Positions 1-12,120 of a stretch of DNA of 64,000 nucleotides are shown piece by piece. The stretch is from Lama glama (taxonomy: Eukaryota), in assembly GCA_028534125.1 (NCBI GenBank), contig CM052816.1, positions 29,638,001 through 29,702,000 on the forward strand. The letters run 5' to 3'. Position 1 is the first letter of the stretch; the number at the start of each line of letters is the position of its first letter. The position numbers and the translations under genes were made by a program. Under the pieces are notes generated by a model. The model saw only the letters and a list, made by a program, of their open reading frames with translations, searched no databases and was not told the DNA's origin.

Positions 1-810
1 GGGGTTTAGTCTTAGTTTGTGACTTTAGGCAGATGATCTTTTAAAGAAAATCTTTACCTAATAAAGAGGATTAAGATTTCTAGGAGTCACTTTAGTTCTG
101 ATCCTCTCTGAGTGAAAAATTTATCCTTGCCAATTTCCCACTATATGAAGCAGGGTTTTTTTTAAATGGTGGATTTGGGTGTCAATCCTATTTGATTCCT
201 GAGGGCATATTAGAATGGGGCCCTCTCCCCAGCAGTTCTCTTGTGTAGGCCCCACATCCTTTGGGGATGTTTTCTTTACCTTGTGGTTAAAAGGGAAGGA
301 GGTATGAAAGATATTTTCCTGCTCTTTCCAGATTCACCTTTTTTTTTTTTTTAAGTTTCTTATGTTATCTTTTGTAGCAATAATCTTGAAAACTATGTGA
401 ATATCCAATTTTATCTCATACTTCTCTGTCCAGAGCTCCAATTCACCTTTAACATCTCCAGCCAAGATTAACTAAATTAACTAAATATCTGAAATTAATT
501 ACAATGCAAACAACATTTATGAAGTATATTTTTATTCAGACTTTACTTGGACTATTGGCACTTCTTTCTATACTCATTTACTAACCCATAGTCTCTCATC
601 TCTGTTTATATTTTCCTATTAGCCCTGATTTACCCACCTCAGTGGCTAAAAAGAAACCAAAAGTTGCTCTTTTTTTCCCCCTTTCTTTTAATATCACAGC
701 AGCAACTCCCAACTTGCGACACAGCTGTTGGGGCTCATGAGAGCCAAGGTTCCTAAAACACACAACTCTACCCCTTAATCAGCCTATATTACCAGTAACA
801 TTTCTGAAGG

Positions 811-971
811 CATGGGCAGATCCAGATTTTATGGGACGTGAAGATTTTACACTTCTGTAGGACTTTTTAAAAAGAAGAGACAAAATTAGATTCATTTCTA
901 AGAAGAGGCCAATGCAAATGAGAAGCACTGAAGCTTAAACTTTATTAGCTTCAGGGTTAAATTTGTCACTG
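811..971 (-). mobile_element. MER53-like hAT DNA transposon (MITE)
   Basis: ggcagatccagattttatggg...ctgaagcttaaactttattagcttc...aaatttgtcactg resembles the reverse complement of the recalled MER53 consensus. Confidence 0.65.
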
Positions 972-982
972 CCAAGGAAATT

Positions 983-986
983 CATA

Positions 987-1027
<41 letters not shown>

Positions 1028-1084
1028 ATTTTATACACACACACATATGTGTGTGTGTGTGTGTGTGTATGTATGTGTATAAAA
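983..1084. repeat. compound (CA)n / (TG)n microsatellite in inverted arrangement
   Basis: A CA run followed by a TG run, directly visible. Confidence 0.95.
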
Positions 1085-2329
1085 CCAAAAACAGCACAGC
1101 CATAGGAACACTATGTCTATCTGGGATTTTGTCTCCTCTCTCCAATGTAGGATCTAGTGAGTTTATCTGGATGATCTAAATGATCAAACTGGAATCTCAG
1201 GTTTCATATCTTATATAATGTGAAATCTGGAGCAATGAAATGTGCTAGAATGCAAAAGAGCAAGACAGAGAACCTAAATCTGAGCAGTCCTGAATTACTA
1301 ACCTAGACACTTCCCTGGGTAAGGATCAAGCCTGCTTCACCTGTTTCTCAGAATAGAGGAGACCCAGAGAGAGATTACTCTTGTAAATTCTACTTACCTT
1401 TGAAAGCATATTCCTAATATCTAGATCATCTATCCTTTTACTGGTCAGGGGTTCGGGCAGGAGCCCTTCCCGCGTGGCAGAGCCATGCAGCAGAGCAAAG
1501 AAGGAAGCTGTCTAGGTGGCAAAAGGACCTGAGGGCTGCCTGACACAAACACTCCTGCCTTCCTCATCTCCAGGCTTTAAAGTAATTCTTCCGTTTATCC
1601 ATCAATACCCATCTGACATTTAGAACCTACTGATATTTATTTTACTGAAGTATTTGGATTGTTTGCTCTGAATTGTCAAGAGGTTTTATTTGTCTGCTAT
1701 TTATGTAGCATTATTTTCAAGAACTAAAAAAGTCACCCTAATAAAGAGACTAGAGAAGTTTGCTTATAAAAATACTTAAGGATTGTGAACTAGAACTATA
1801 GCTCTGTCTCTCTCTCATTGGGTCGTAATTTCTACTTACTCCTGTGTTTCTGCTTATTATCTGCCTGGTGGCTAAGTTCTCCTTCCAGTTTCTACTTCCT
1901 TTTAACTTCTGATTGCATGTGACTTGGACTTGTTACAGTTCTATGCTGGGTGTGGAATTACAGCAGTGAGTAAGACAGCCCTGACCCCTCATAAGACTCA
2001 CCATATGGCAGGGACTAAACAAACAGAGAAGTGAAGAGAGGGACAGAGAAAGAGAGACAGAGGTAGAGAGAGGATATGCTATAAAACAAACATAGAAGAC
2101 TCAGTGAGAGCATACTTGAGGGCAGTGTAACATAAACCATGGATCGTGAACCATGAATGGGTCATGAAACCAATCTAATGGCTTAAGATCAGTATCAAAG
2201 ACCAAACACCAAAGACCAAAATATCAAAGAAAATCACACATAGGAAGGCAAGTATTATTTTGTAAATTTTTTGTTTCAGTTTATATTGTCAGTGAATAAA
2301 CACAAAATCCAGATCCTTGGGTAGTATGC

Positions 2330-2880
2330 TTTTTAGGAAGATAGATAATAGGATAAATTAGTAAGCTATAAAATATATTAGAATGTGAAGAAACTGAAAA
2401 ACAAAAGGCAAGGAGGAGTATATAAAATGTCAGGGGTATGGGTTGAAATTTTAGAAACACTGACTAAAGAAGACTTCTGTGGAAAGGTGCCTTCCGGGTA
2501 AAGACCTCAAAGAACTGAGGGAGTAAGTCATATGGATATTTGGAGGAGGAATAATCCAGGCAGGAAGAATAGCCAGTGCAAAGGCCCGGATTATGCCTGG
2601 CCTGTTTGAGTCTGAAGGAAAGCAAGATCATGGTGAGTAAAGGGGAATGAATGGGAGACAGCAGGCGATAAGGAAAAGAGGGCCAGTGGGGTTCTGGACA
2701 ATGTACGGCTTTGTAGTTTGTTATAGGGCATTTAGTTTTGACTCTGAGTGAGATGGGAAGCCATTGGATGATGCTGAGTGTCAGAGTAACATGATCTGAC
2801 TTATTTTTAATAGGATCTCTCTGGCTGCTAGATTGAGAATAGTTTTAAGGGAAGCAAAGACAGAAGCAGTAATACCAGAA
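2330..2880 (-). mobile_element. L2 LINE fragment
   Basis: Typical L2 antisense motifs: ccaggcaggaagaatagccagtgcaaaggccc, tgagtgagatgggaagccattgg, acatgatctgactta. Confidence 0.75.
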
Positions 2881-4039
2881 CGTAAGCTCCATCAGGGCTG
2901 TTTGATTTTGGCCCTAGAGTGAAATTGCCTAATGCAGGCTTAAAAGACTCAAAGATAGACATGACCAAGATAGTGGTTCTAGGAATAATGTTGGAAGAAG
3001 ACGTATAAACAGGCCAGCACTAACCCTTCACTACAGCCACAGTAAAGGTACAGTTCTCTCTCCCTTTGAACATGCTGTTCCCTCTGCTTGAAATACAAAG
3101 CTTAAAAAAGTCACTCATCTGTTCTCTCACAGTACTCTGTGTATACCTCTAGCGTGATACTTTTATTCCTTATTATAATTATCTATTTACTTTGTCATGA
3201 TATAATAAACTTTTCAACAGCAAGGAGAGTGAATGAATGAATATGTTAGTTCAAATTTATTTACATTTATTTTACACTAGCATCCATTGAATCACTCATA
3301 CCATAATTTATTGAGTATCTATGCCAACATATGAGGCACAGCTAAATGGACTGTAAGAACAGACAGGTCCTTCTACTTCACCCATGAATAGACCCTGAAC
3401 CATTACAGCTAAGACAGGAGCTCTTACAATGTCTCATGTTAATGTACTTTTAGAGAAAAGAATTCTTTTAAGTCTCCAAGAGATGGGGAAAAACAGAGGA
3501 AAGCAAAAATAATATGACCAGTAGTGATAAAGAGTTATCCTACACCTAAAATGCTTAAGACAACTTGGCCACCAGACTTGATCATAGTGGTCCCTCTAAT
3601 GTACCACATAGGCAGACTTGCAGGGGAGAGTTAGGGACATGATAAACATTTTTGTCACTGGCCTCCAGTGTGACACACTCCTTTAAGGACAAGGGTATTT
3701 TTGTTCAGTGTTCTGCAGAATTGACACAATAATAAACACCTGGCACCTATTTCATTTCTTGCTGTTTTTCCTATAGTAATGAAACAGTCAGCCCTAACAT
3801 TTTTAAGTCTAGAATAGTCTTAAGATAGGACTATTTCCTAAATAACTTTACAGAGCAAAAACAGAGAAAAGCATACAGGGTTCTCTCAATTGTTTTGTTA
3901 CCTTCTTACCTTTGATTTTATTTTTCAATTATTTTTCACCTGTTAGAAAGAAGGTGTGTAAGAAAGAAGGTATTATCTGATGTTCAGCACATTACGTAGT
4001 GTACAGGAGATCAAAAACAAAACAAAACAAAACCAACAC

Positions 4040-4560
4040 CAGCTGCATGACCCAGGCTGTCCTTTGCAGGCATGTACAATGTATTAATTTCGATGATATC
4101 ATTAAAGGCTCAGGCTTTTTCTATTTTTCCCTGTCATCTTTGGCATGTTGGTTCTTGCTCTGAGGCCTTTCTCCTTATGATCAGAAGGTGATGATATAAG
4201 ATGATATGTCATCAAGTTGAAGAAGAGGAGTCATTTTCTTCCATGGGGCTGTTATTATCATCCAGGAGAAACTTTTGCTGGACGCTGCTAGTAGGTTTCC
4301 TGTCATGTCTCATTGGCCAAAGTTGCATCACATGCCCACGCCTAAGCCAGTCGCTGGCAAAGAGAATGGAATGACAATAATTGGCACCAATCAAGATCAC
4401 TGGGGTTGGGGAGAGGTCTAGCCTGCCTTGAATTACAAGGCTACCCTAGACCTGAGGGAGCGGGAGTTCTCTTGGCAAGGGACAAATCGGAGGTGTGGGC
4501 TATAAAGTGTGATAGATTCAGAGAAAGATGACCTAGGGAAACAGTAGGATCTGCTACACA
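4040..4560 (-). mobile_element. old MaLR LTR (MLT1J/K-like)
   Basis: tctcattggccaaagttgcatcacatgcccac...ggcaaagagaatgg, ending tctgctaca. Confidence 0.55.
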
Positions 4561-4689
4561 AGTCTGTGGCAGAGCAGAACAAGACAAACACAAAAAACAC
4601 AGTGACCTGGGCTATTTAATGGAAGGAGACACGCATCATTCACTTGAGAGATTCATTATTCAACTGTCTGGGATGGCAAACAGGGCATG

Positions 4690-4880
4690 GACTTAGAGGT
4701 CAGACATCCCAGGTCACTTAGCAGTGACTTAACAGTAGTGAAATTAATTTCTCTGCAATTCAACTTCCTCCTTTGTAAGATAAAGATAACAGTGCCTGCT
4801 TCTAAACTCTGTAATGAGGATTAAATCTTATGATGGACATAAATTGCCTATAACACTATAGGCATTTGAGTGTATGTATC
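4690..4880 (+). mobile_element. MIR SINE
   Basis: Core-like aatttctctgcaattcaacttcctcctttgtaagataaagataacagtgcc...atgaggattaaat. Confidence 0.6.
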
Positions 4881-5149
4881 TTTCCCCCTTTATGGATATT
4901 ATAATAATTCATAGTGATGATTCCAAGTCATCAATAAAATGTTAAACTTTATTCTGTATCTTCTGCTTGAAAGCAGGTATTTGATATGTCTTGGAAATAT
5001 TTTTGTCAGATCTGATTAAAATAAGATTCCAAATTCATAAAATATAAAAACTTATTTATCCAGATGTCCAGAATGGCTCAATAATAGTAACTGCCAATGT
5101 TTGAGAACTTACTAGTCCTATGTATGTCATATACATTTTCTGATTTAAA

Positions 5150-5335
5150 TTTTTTTAAAATTTATTTTTTAATATACTTTCATTGAAGTATAGTCAGTGT
5201 ACAATGTTGTGTCAATTTCTGGTGTACAGCACAATGCCTCAGTCATAAAGGAACATACATATATTCATTTTCATATTCTTTTTCACCATAAGTTACTAGA
5301 AGATATTGAATGCAGTTTCCTGTGCTATCTTATTT
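5150..5335 (-). mobile_element. truncated L1 3' end, next to MER20-like and MIR remnants
   Basis: T-rich tail, then ttgaagtatagtcagtgtacaatgttgtgtcaatttctggtgtacagc. Followed by MER20-like gctgctagacatcctgtaatgcacaggacagc and by MIR-like sequence. Confidence 0.75.
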
Positions 5336-5710
5336 TTTTAAAACTGGGGGTGGGGGTGTGCTGTGGCATCAGTGGATAAAGGTTAGGGAGGCTGCTAGAC
5401 ATCCTGTAATGCACAGGACAGCTCCACATGACAAAATGTCTAAAAACTTACAATAATGCTGTGAGTTAGGTATTATTATTCTTATTTTATAAATAAGGAA
5501 ATTGACTGTCCAACAGTTGAGAAGCCCAAGAGCACATAGGTTATAAGCAGAGTACTTGGTTTTATCTGACTCTAAAGATCATGCTGTTTCAATTATAATG
5601 CTTTGTCTGAATAGGATGAGAGAATCTCAGTAAAGGAATTATTAAACAGTCGTAAGATTTGTTTACAATGCCTACAAAAGATATAAAGTACTTGAGAATA
5701 AATCATTTTA

Positions 5711-5824
5711 TTTATTTTTTATGAATACTTATTTTATAAATATTTTTATAAACTGAATACCATCAGTTACAATGTGTCAATTTCTGGTGTACAATACAAT
5801 GTGCCAGTCATGTATATACATACA
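5711..5824 (-). mobile_element. short L1 3' end with perfect 18-bp TSD
   Basis: TSD tgagaataaatcatttta at 5693-5710 and 5825-5842. Body cagttacaatgtgtcaatttctggtgtacaa. Confidence 0.85.
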
Positions 5825-7342
5825 TGAGAATAAATCATTTTAAAATGTTGTCTAACTCCATTAAGGAGGGGGAAAGCTATTGAAAGCTATTCAAGAAGAT
5901 TTAAATAAATTAAACCAAATGAAACAGACAATGTTCTTGGATAGTTAGTATAATGTATTGTTTGAGAATAGTCAATTCTGCTCTAAAAGAAAAGAAAACC
6001 AATGAGATCAATGAAACTCTTTGGATGTGTTAAGTATAGATAAGAAATTAGTATGTCGTGTACATGTGTATTAAATAGAAAGGGATAGAAGGACCAAGAG
6101 TACTTAGTACTCATGAGTTACTAAATACCTAAACATTCTTGATATACTAAATATGCAAGAGGTACTTAATATTTAGGATACACCATACATAGTATATGAA
6201 AGTACTCAATATTCGTGAAGACTGAGTTCAACCTCCATCCGTTTTTTGGTACCCATTCTGGCCCTATGTGTCCTCTGCCCAATAAGCACAAATAAAACTC
6301 AAGATTGCTCAACAGGTTAATTCAAAAGCTATTGCTGTGACCACGTGTACTTGCCCCTGAATCTCTCCAATAGAGCAATTATGTATCATTGGTCCATGGC
6401 ACTTTCTGTCTGGGCTGCTTTGCTCAAACCTCAATGCTGGGCTTTGTAACCACACCATCAGTAAGGAAGGCCCATGAGGTAGAGAGGGAATCAGAACCAA
6501 GCCCTGTGGTCTTTCTTCCCAGCTTGGATGCTATCCTAAGTGTGTTAACTTACCCCTCTCTTTCTCCTGTTTCTCACTGTGTGTCAAAGTGGTTTAATAA
6601 ACCATGTGATTTGAGCATTATAATTTAGCCTTGAGTCTTTCTATTCTATAATGTCTAGGATAGCTTGCTGAGTGGTATACTTGGAGGCTTCCATTGCATC
6701 AAGGTAATTTCCCACATGGCCAGAAGATTCAATATATGAAAAAGTCAACAGAGTCAATGACATTTCAATCAGAACCTCAGTATAACCTTTTTCTTGTAAC
6801 TGACAAGCTGATTCTAACATGTATATAATACAGAAGAGCAAGGTCCGATATCAGCCAAGACATTCCTGAGGAAGAAAGGGAAAAAAAGAGAAGTAGGTTG
6901 TGGTGGAAGGAGTTGCCCTATCACATAATAAGATTTATTATAAAGCTGCATTTATTAAGACCATGTAGTTTGTGCAAAAAAAAGGATGGCTTCAATAACC
7001 AGTGGTGACACTGTGAGGAGAAAAGTGACAGGACCTTTGGGTATCAGCAAGGGCAGATTACATGGGCTCGATCAGCTGAAGCAGTAGCGCAGAAAAATGA
7101 TGGCTACTGTTGTGCATATAAGAAAACAGAGTAGTCCACAGAGTGCAAAGAAGTCACTCTCTGAGAACCTCAGAACAATCTGGGAACACCTTGAGGAGCT
7201 GCCGTTCTTGCAAAGTGTTAAGAGCCAAAGTCAGAGGATAAGGATGAAACTACATAGACCATGGAGGTGTTTACGTTTTAAGTGTTTTAAAAGGCCCTTT
7301 GATATAAGGAAGACGTTTTAGATGTTAATTCTTTAATATGCT

Positions 7343-8021
7343 ACTATAAGTTGAATTATATTCCTCCCAAAAGATGTTGAAATCTTAACCCCCAGTATCT
7401 GTGAATGTGATTTTATTTGGAAACAGGGTCTTTGCAGATGATCAGGTTAAGATGAAGTCATTAGGGTGACTCCTAATCCATTATGATTGTGGCCTTATAG
7501 AAAGGGGAAATTTGACACGGAGACAGAGACACAGAGAATGCCAGGTGAGGATTGGAGTTATGCTGCCACAATCCAAAGAGCCACTGGAAGCTCGGAGAGA
7601 GGCCTGGATCAGATCTTTCCCTAGAGCTTTTAGAGGGAGCTTGGCCCTGCCAAAGATCTTTCCCTAGTGCTTTTTTTTTTCCTGTGTAATTCAAAATATT
7701 TATTTTCCACTATATCACACCACTTTTGATTTAAAAGACTGAACTAAATGTATACATTTGTGAACAGAGGGGAAAACAGAGAAATGGTGGATGACTCCCA
7801 GATTTCTGACCTGTAAAAAGAGTGATGCTCAGTCTGCTACAGAAAATGGGTGCCAAGGGAAGGAACAAGTTAGTTTCCATTCCCTGGTACTTTTAGAGGG
7901 AGTGCGGCCCTGCCAACGCCTCGATCTCAGACTTCTAGCTCCAGGACTGAGATAATAAATCCTGTTGTTTGAGGCACTCAGTTTGTGGTACTTTGTTATG
8001 GCAGCCCTAGGAAACCAATAC
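7343..8021 (+). mobile_element. MLT1B/C-like MaLR solo LTR, interrupted by an insertion
   Basis: gaatgtgattttatttggaaacagggtctttgcagatg...ttgttatggcagccctaggaaaccaatac. Insert at 7671-7879. Confidence 0.85.
7671..7879 (-). pseudogene. short retrocopy of an unidentified polyadenylated 3' end
   Basis: On the minus strand, AATAAA (7699-7704) lies 18 nt before A10 (7671-7680). TSD ttccctagtgctttt / ttccctggtactttt. Confidence 0.65.
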
Positions 8022-8054
8022 GTGTCCCAAGCAAGACTTTCTTGTTTTTGGACA

Positions 8055-8473
8055 GTGCTTTGGGATACAGACTCCGAGACAAAGATTTGCACTCAAGAGT
8101 TTCATTAGGAATGCTCTTTGGAAAAACGCTGGAGCAGGATTGGGCAGTGGGAAAAGATAAACTACAAGGTGGTTGCAACAGAGGCCTCCTACAGAATTTG
8201 TGGGAAACTGGGCCTGGGATGGTTCTTCTCAGGTGTGCTAAACTGAGTTTGGGGCCTGGACTTTTGTATCCCCATATGAACAGGTCACTGGAAGCTCTTC
8301 AACCCTGGGAAGGGCATCTAACCTTGGACAAGACAGGTCTGTTTAGCTGAGAACAATTCCCAGTGGGGAGGTCATCTGTGAGCCACCGCTAGATCACACA
8401 CCTGGTAGTTGAGGGAATGAGTGCCTTGGTCCTGAAGGGGAGATCTGGGTGGTGCACCAAAGTATCTACTGCA
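8055..8473 (-). mobile_element. LTR33-like ERVL LTR
   Basis: cagactccgagacaaagatttgcac...gtcctgaaggggagatctgggtggtgcacca...tctactgca matches the reverse complement of the recalled LTR33 consensus. Confidence 0.75.
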
Positions 8474-8911
8474 CTGTTTGATCATTTTTTTGTTACCAAG
8501 ATAAAAAATCTCAAACCACATATGCATATTCATAAACTTAATACTTTAAAGTTTACCTTTAGTACTTAAAATAAATTGAGGTAGTGAACTATTCTTAGAG
8601 TAAACTAGTATGATATTTATAAAGCCTAGTAGGCCTTGTTATATGGCCCAAGGGAAATAAGTTTTCAGTTTGTGTACGAAAAGGGGAAGTCACTGAAGTC
8701 ATAGCGGTATAAACTGAGGTGAGGTTGCTGCAGGTGCTGGCCAGTTGAAAGCATTATGGAGGGGGAAGGGAGCTGGTGCATAGAAACAGCAGAGTGATCT
8801 GAGGGGATCTGGGCAGAGCGCCAGGAAAAAAAAGAAAGTTAATTTTTCTTTGTTTGTTTTTAGATTTTAATTAATGGATTGAAAATACTCTTTACTAAAA
8901 ATGGTATAGAG

Positions 8912-9152
8912 TGTTTGCTGTGCCTTCTGAGACGGCCCGCACTCTGTCTGTGGAGTGTGTATCTACTTTTACTTTAAACTAAATACCTCCATACCTCTTG
9001 GTCTCTCTCCCTCTCACCTTCCTGGATGGCCCACATTCTGCCTATGGAGTGTTACTATTCTAAGCCATTTTTCCGTCTCAGTGAGACAGACCACACTCTC
9101 TGGGAAGTGTGTATCTCTCTAAATAAATTTGTTTTTACTTAAAAAAAAAAAA
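8912..9152 (+). mobile_element. ERV1-type LTR fragment ending in AATAAA plus poly(A)
   Basis: Three internal copies of a ga(c/t)ggcc(c/g)cactct...ggagtgtgt-like motif, AATAAA at 9122-9127, A12 at 9141-9152. Confidence 0.55.
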
Positions 9153-9349
9153 GAGTGAGACTGGAGCTGTTTAGAAGTTGGAGAGAAGGCTCTGGGAATG
9201 GTCGGGAAGTCTTTACAGAGGAGGTTGAACTTAAACTGAACTTTGGAGGATGGCCAGAATTTCCACAGGCCAAAGGTGTTTGTTTCAGATGGTTTTCAGG
9301 AAATGGGATGGGTTTTGAGAATCACTTTGAACGTAGGTGAGAATATTTT

Positions 9350-10330
9350 AAAGATCTCGCTTTTGCTATCCTTTCACTTTTAATCTTCCTTGTGTATTTG
9401 AATCTAACTGTATCTCCTGTAGTTATCATATAACTGGATCTTATTTTTTTAAATCCAGTTTGACAATCTCTACCTTTGCTTAGATTGCATAATTCGTTCA
9501 TATTTAATGTCATTAATGATATAATTGGATTTATATTTGTTATTTTATTTTTTGTTTTCTGTGTCTCAAGTTCTTTGTTCCTCTATTTCTCCTTTTATTT
9601 CATTAAGTGAATATTCTCAAATGTAGCATTTTAATTTCACTAATGATTTTTTCCACTATTTTTATTTTTATTTACTTGGTGGTTTCTCTAGGGCTTACCA
9701 TATACAGCTTTTTTTTTTAATTGAAGTATAGTTGATGTACAACATTGTGTTAGTTTTGCACAGCAAAGTGATTCAGTTTTATACATATATATACTCACAC
9801 TCTTTTTCATATTTTTTCATTATAGTTTATTATAAGATACTGAATATAGTTCCCTGTGCTATACAGTAGGAGCTTGTTGTTTATCTATTTTATACATAGT
9901 AATTTGTATCACCTAATTCCAAACTCCTAATTTATACCTCCGCTCTCCCCACCTTTCCCCTTTGGTAACCATAAGATTTTTTCGTATGTCTATGAGTCTT
10001 TTTCTCTTTTGTAAATAAGTTCATTTGTATCATATTTTAGATTCTACATATAAATGATATCATATGATATTGGTCTTTCTCTGTCTGAATTACTTGACTT
10101 AGTATGATAAACTCTAGGTCCATCCATGTTGCTGCGAATACCATACATGTCTTAACTTATCAGCATCAGCTTCAGATTTATACTAACTTAATTTCAGTGA
10201 GATATAGAAACATTACTCTCTATAGATTTATTCAATTTCCCCCGTTTTTGTGATATTATTGTTATACATATTTCATCTATACATCTATAAATTTAAAAAA
10301 GCACAATAATACATTGTTATAATTATTACT
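9350..10330 (-). mobile_element. old L1M fragment with a younger L1 3' end (about 9709-10139) nested in it
   Basis: Inner element ttgaagtatagttgatgtacaac...ctaggtccatccatgttgctgcgaat is flanked by an approximate duplication taccatatacag / taccatacatg. Outer sequence resembles antisense L1M. Confidence 0.75.
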
Positions 10331-11149
10331 TCTTTAGGAACTGATGTACAAGGAAAAGAAGTGTTCCCAAATTTCAGGTTTATTTTCTGGTGTTCTGTCT
10401 TAGCCTGCATCTTGACCCAGTAATTCTTCATTCACTTGTTAGCTTGCAGATGCTCGTGAGCAGATGTTTTATACTTGCGAGGTGTAGTTGTCTTCAGTGA
10501 AAAGACCCACTGGAATTGTTTTATCTGTCATTGTGAATCAGATGACCCCACTCTGTTTTTTTAAACAAAGGATCAAATCTTTTACTTAATGCTACTCCTC
10601 TTACTACTACAACCCCCTTATTTATCAGATATTGAGTTTGCATACTTAGTCTCATGTTTATTTTATAAAAATGAAAAAGAGCTTATTTTATGGCAAATGT
10701 TATCCTGCTTTCTTGAACTGATTAAGGGAAAAGTGAGTTCCTAGGCAACTTCCTTATTAAATAAAAAATGCAAAATATATCCAGTTTATCGCAGAGAAGA
10801 GTTCTAGATGTATATCGCCCAAAAAGGAAGGGAAATCTCTTTCCCTCCATGTTTCTTCTTTGGGAATTTCTCACATTGTTTCAGGTCACTACTGCGTGTC
10901 TTAGCTCCGTCAGATGTGGGTTCTTTTGTTGAAACTATGCAGGCAACTCGTAGACAAAATCTCAGTCTCCCACTAGATATGCTATCACTCTGTGTGTGGG
11001 TGTACATGTACATATGGGTGTTGTATATTCTTTCTGAAATTATGAGTTTCTACTAATACTGATAGTTCCAATGAAATGTCACATGATCTTTCTCATCTTC
11101 CTTATTTCATATTTATATCTCCTTTTTCCCTCAGGGAGAGTTCTGGCTC

Positions 11150-11394
11150 TCTGTGGTAAGACTCAATAGCAATTTCTACCTATCTGCCAGAGTTATCCGG
11201 TAGGATTGAGTCTCAGTTGCCCACAGCTGTAATCTGCTTAATAAAGGCCAACTTTTCTGTCATTCTTTTTTCCTTTCCCTGTCTCACTTCCCCATTCCTC
11301 CTCTACTGGTGCTTCTGAGATTTACCTCCCAACTAAACTACCTGCACTCAAATCTTTCTTTCAGGATATACTTTGGGGAACTCAGTCTAAGTCA
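11150..11394 (+). mobile_element. LTR16-like ERVL LTR fragment
   Basis: ccctgtctcacttcccc...acctcccaactaaactacctgcactcaaatc...ctttggggaactcagtctaagtca. Confidence 0.6.
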
Positions 11395-11869
11395 CACTCC
11401 ACTCACCTATGTGCTGACCCCAGTACGGAAGAATGGTCTTGTAAAAACTACCAATATACGAGTTCAAAGCACAACATTACACTAACAATATAGTAAGCAG
11501 TATATAGAAAGTAAAACACAGTACAAATTCATTAAGAAAAATTTTACTTTCTCATATTTATATTTAAACACTCTGTTCTTCCTTTTTATCATAAAATAGA
11601 ATTTTATTAATATTAGGTTTATTTACAAGTTAACTTACTGGCTAAAGAAAAGGGGGGAAGGAAGGAAGCAAAGAATGAAGAATGAAGGAAATAAAAAATA
11701 AGAATAGGAAGGAAGGAAATTTTAAAAATAAATCTATCTACAGGGCAAATGTTTCTATCTTTAAATGACCTTCGTGAATCATGTCCATTAGCCATATGTC
11801 ATTTGACCCACAGATCCATTCCTCCAAGGGACAAATGTAGGAGTAAATGAACACTGAAGCTTCATTTAA

Positions 11870-12120
11870 AAAATTTTTTAAGTTAAAGTACAGTTGATGT
11901 GCAATGTTATGTAAGTTACAGGTGTACAATATAGTGCTCTACAATTTTTAAAGATTATACTCCATTTATAATTATTATAAAATATTGGCTCTATTCCCTG
12001 TGTTGTATCGTATATCCTTGTAGCTTATTTATACAGAATAGTTTGTACTTCTTAATCTCCTATGCCTGTTGCCTCCCACCTCACCCCTCTCCCCATTGGT
12101 AGCCACTAATTTGTTCTCTG
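11870..12120 (-). mobile_element. truncated L1 3' end
   Basis: aagtacagttgatgtgcaatgttatgtaagttacaggtgtacaatatagtg...ccccattggtagccactaatttgttctc. Confidence 0.8.

Noticed and set aside
8929..9120. Repeat-spacer pattern suggestive of a CRISPR-like array
   Set aside because: Only three degenerate copies inside an LTR fragment, in mammalian DNA, with no associated genes.
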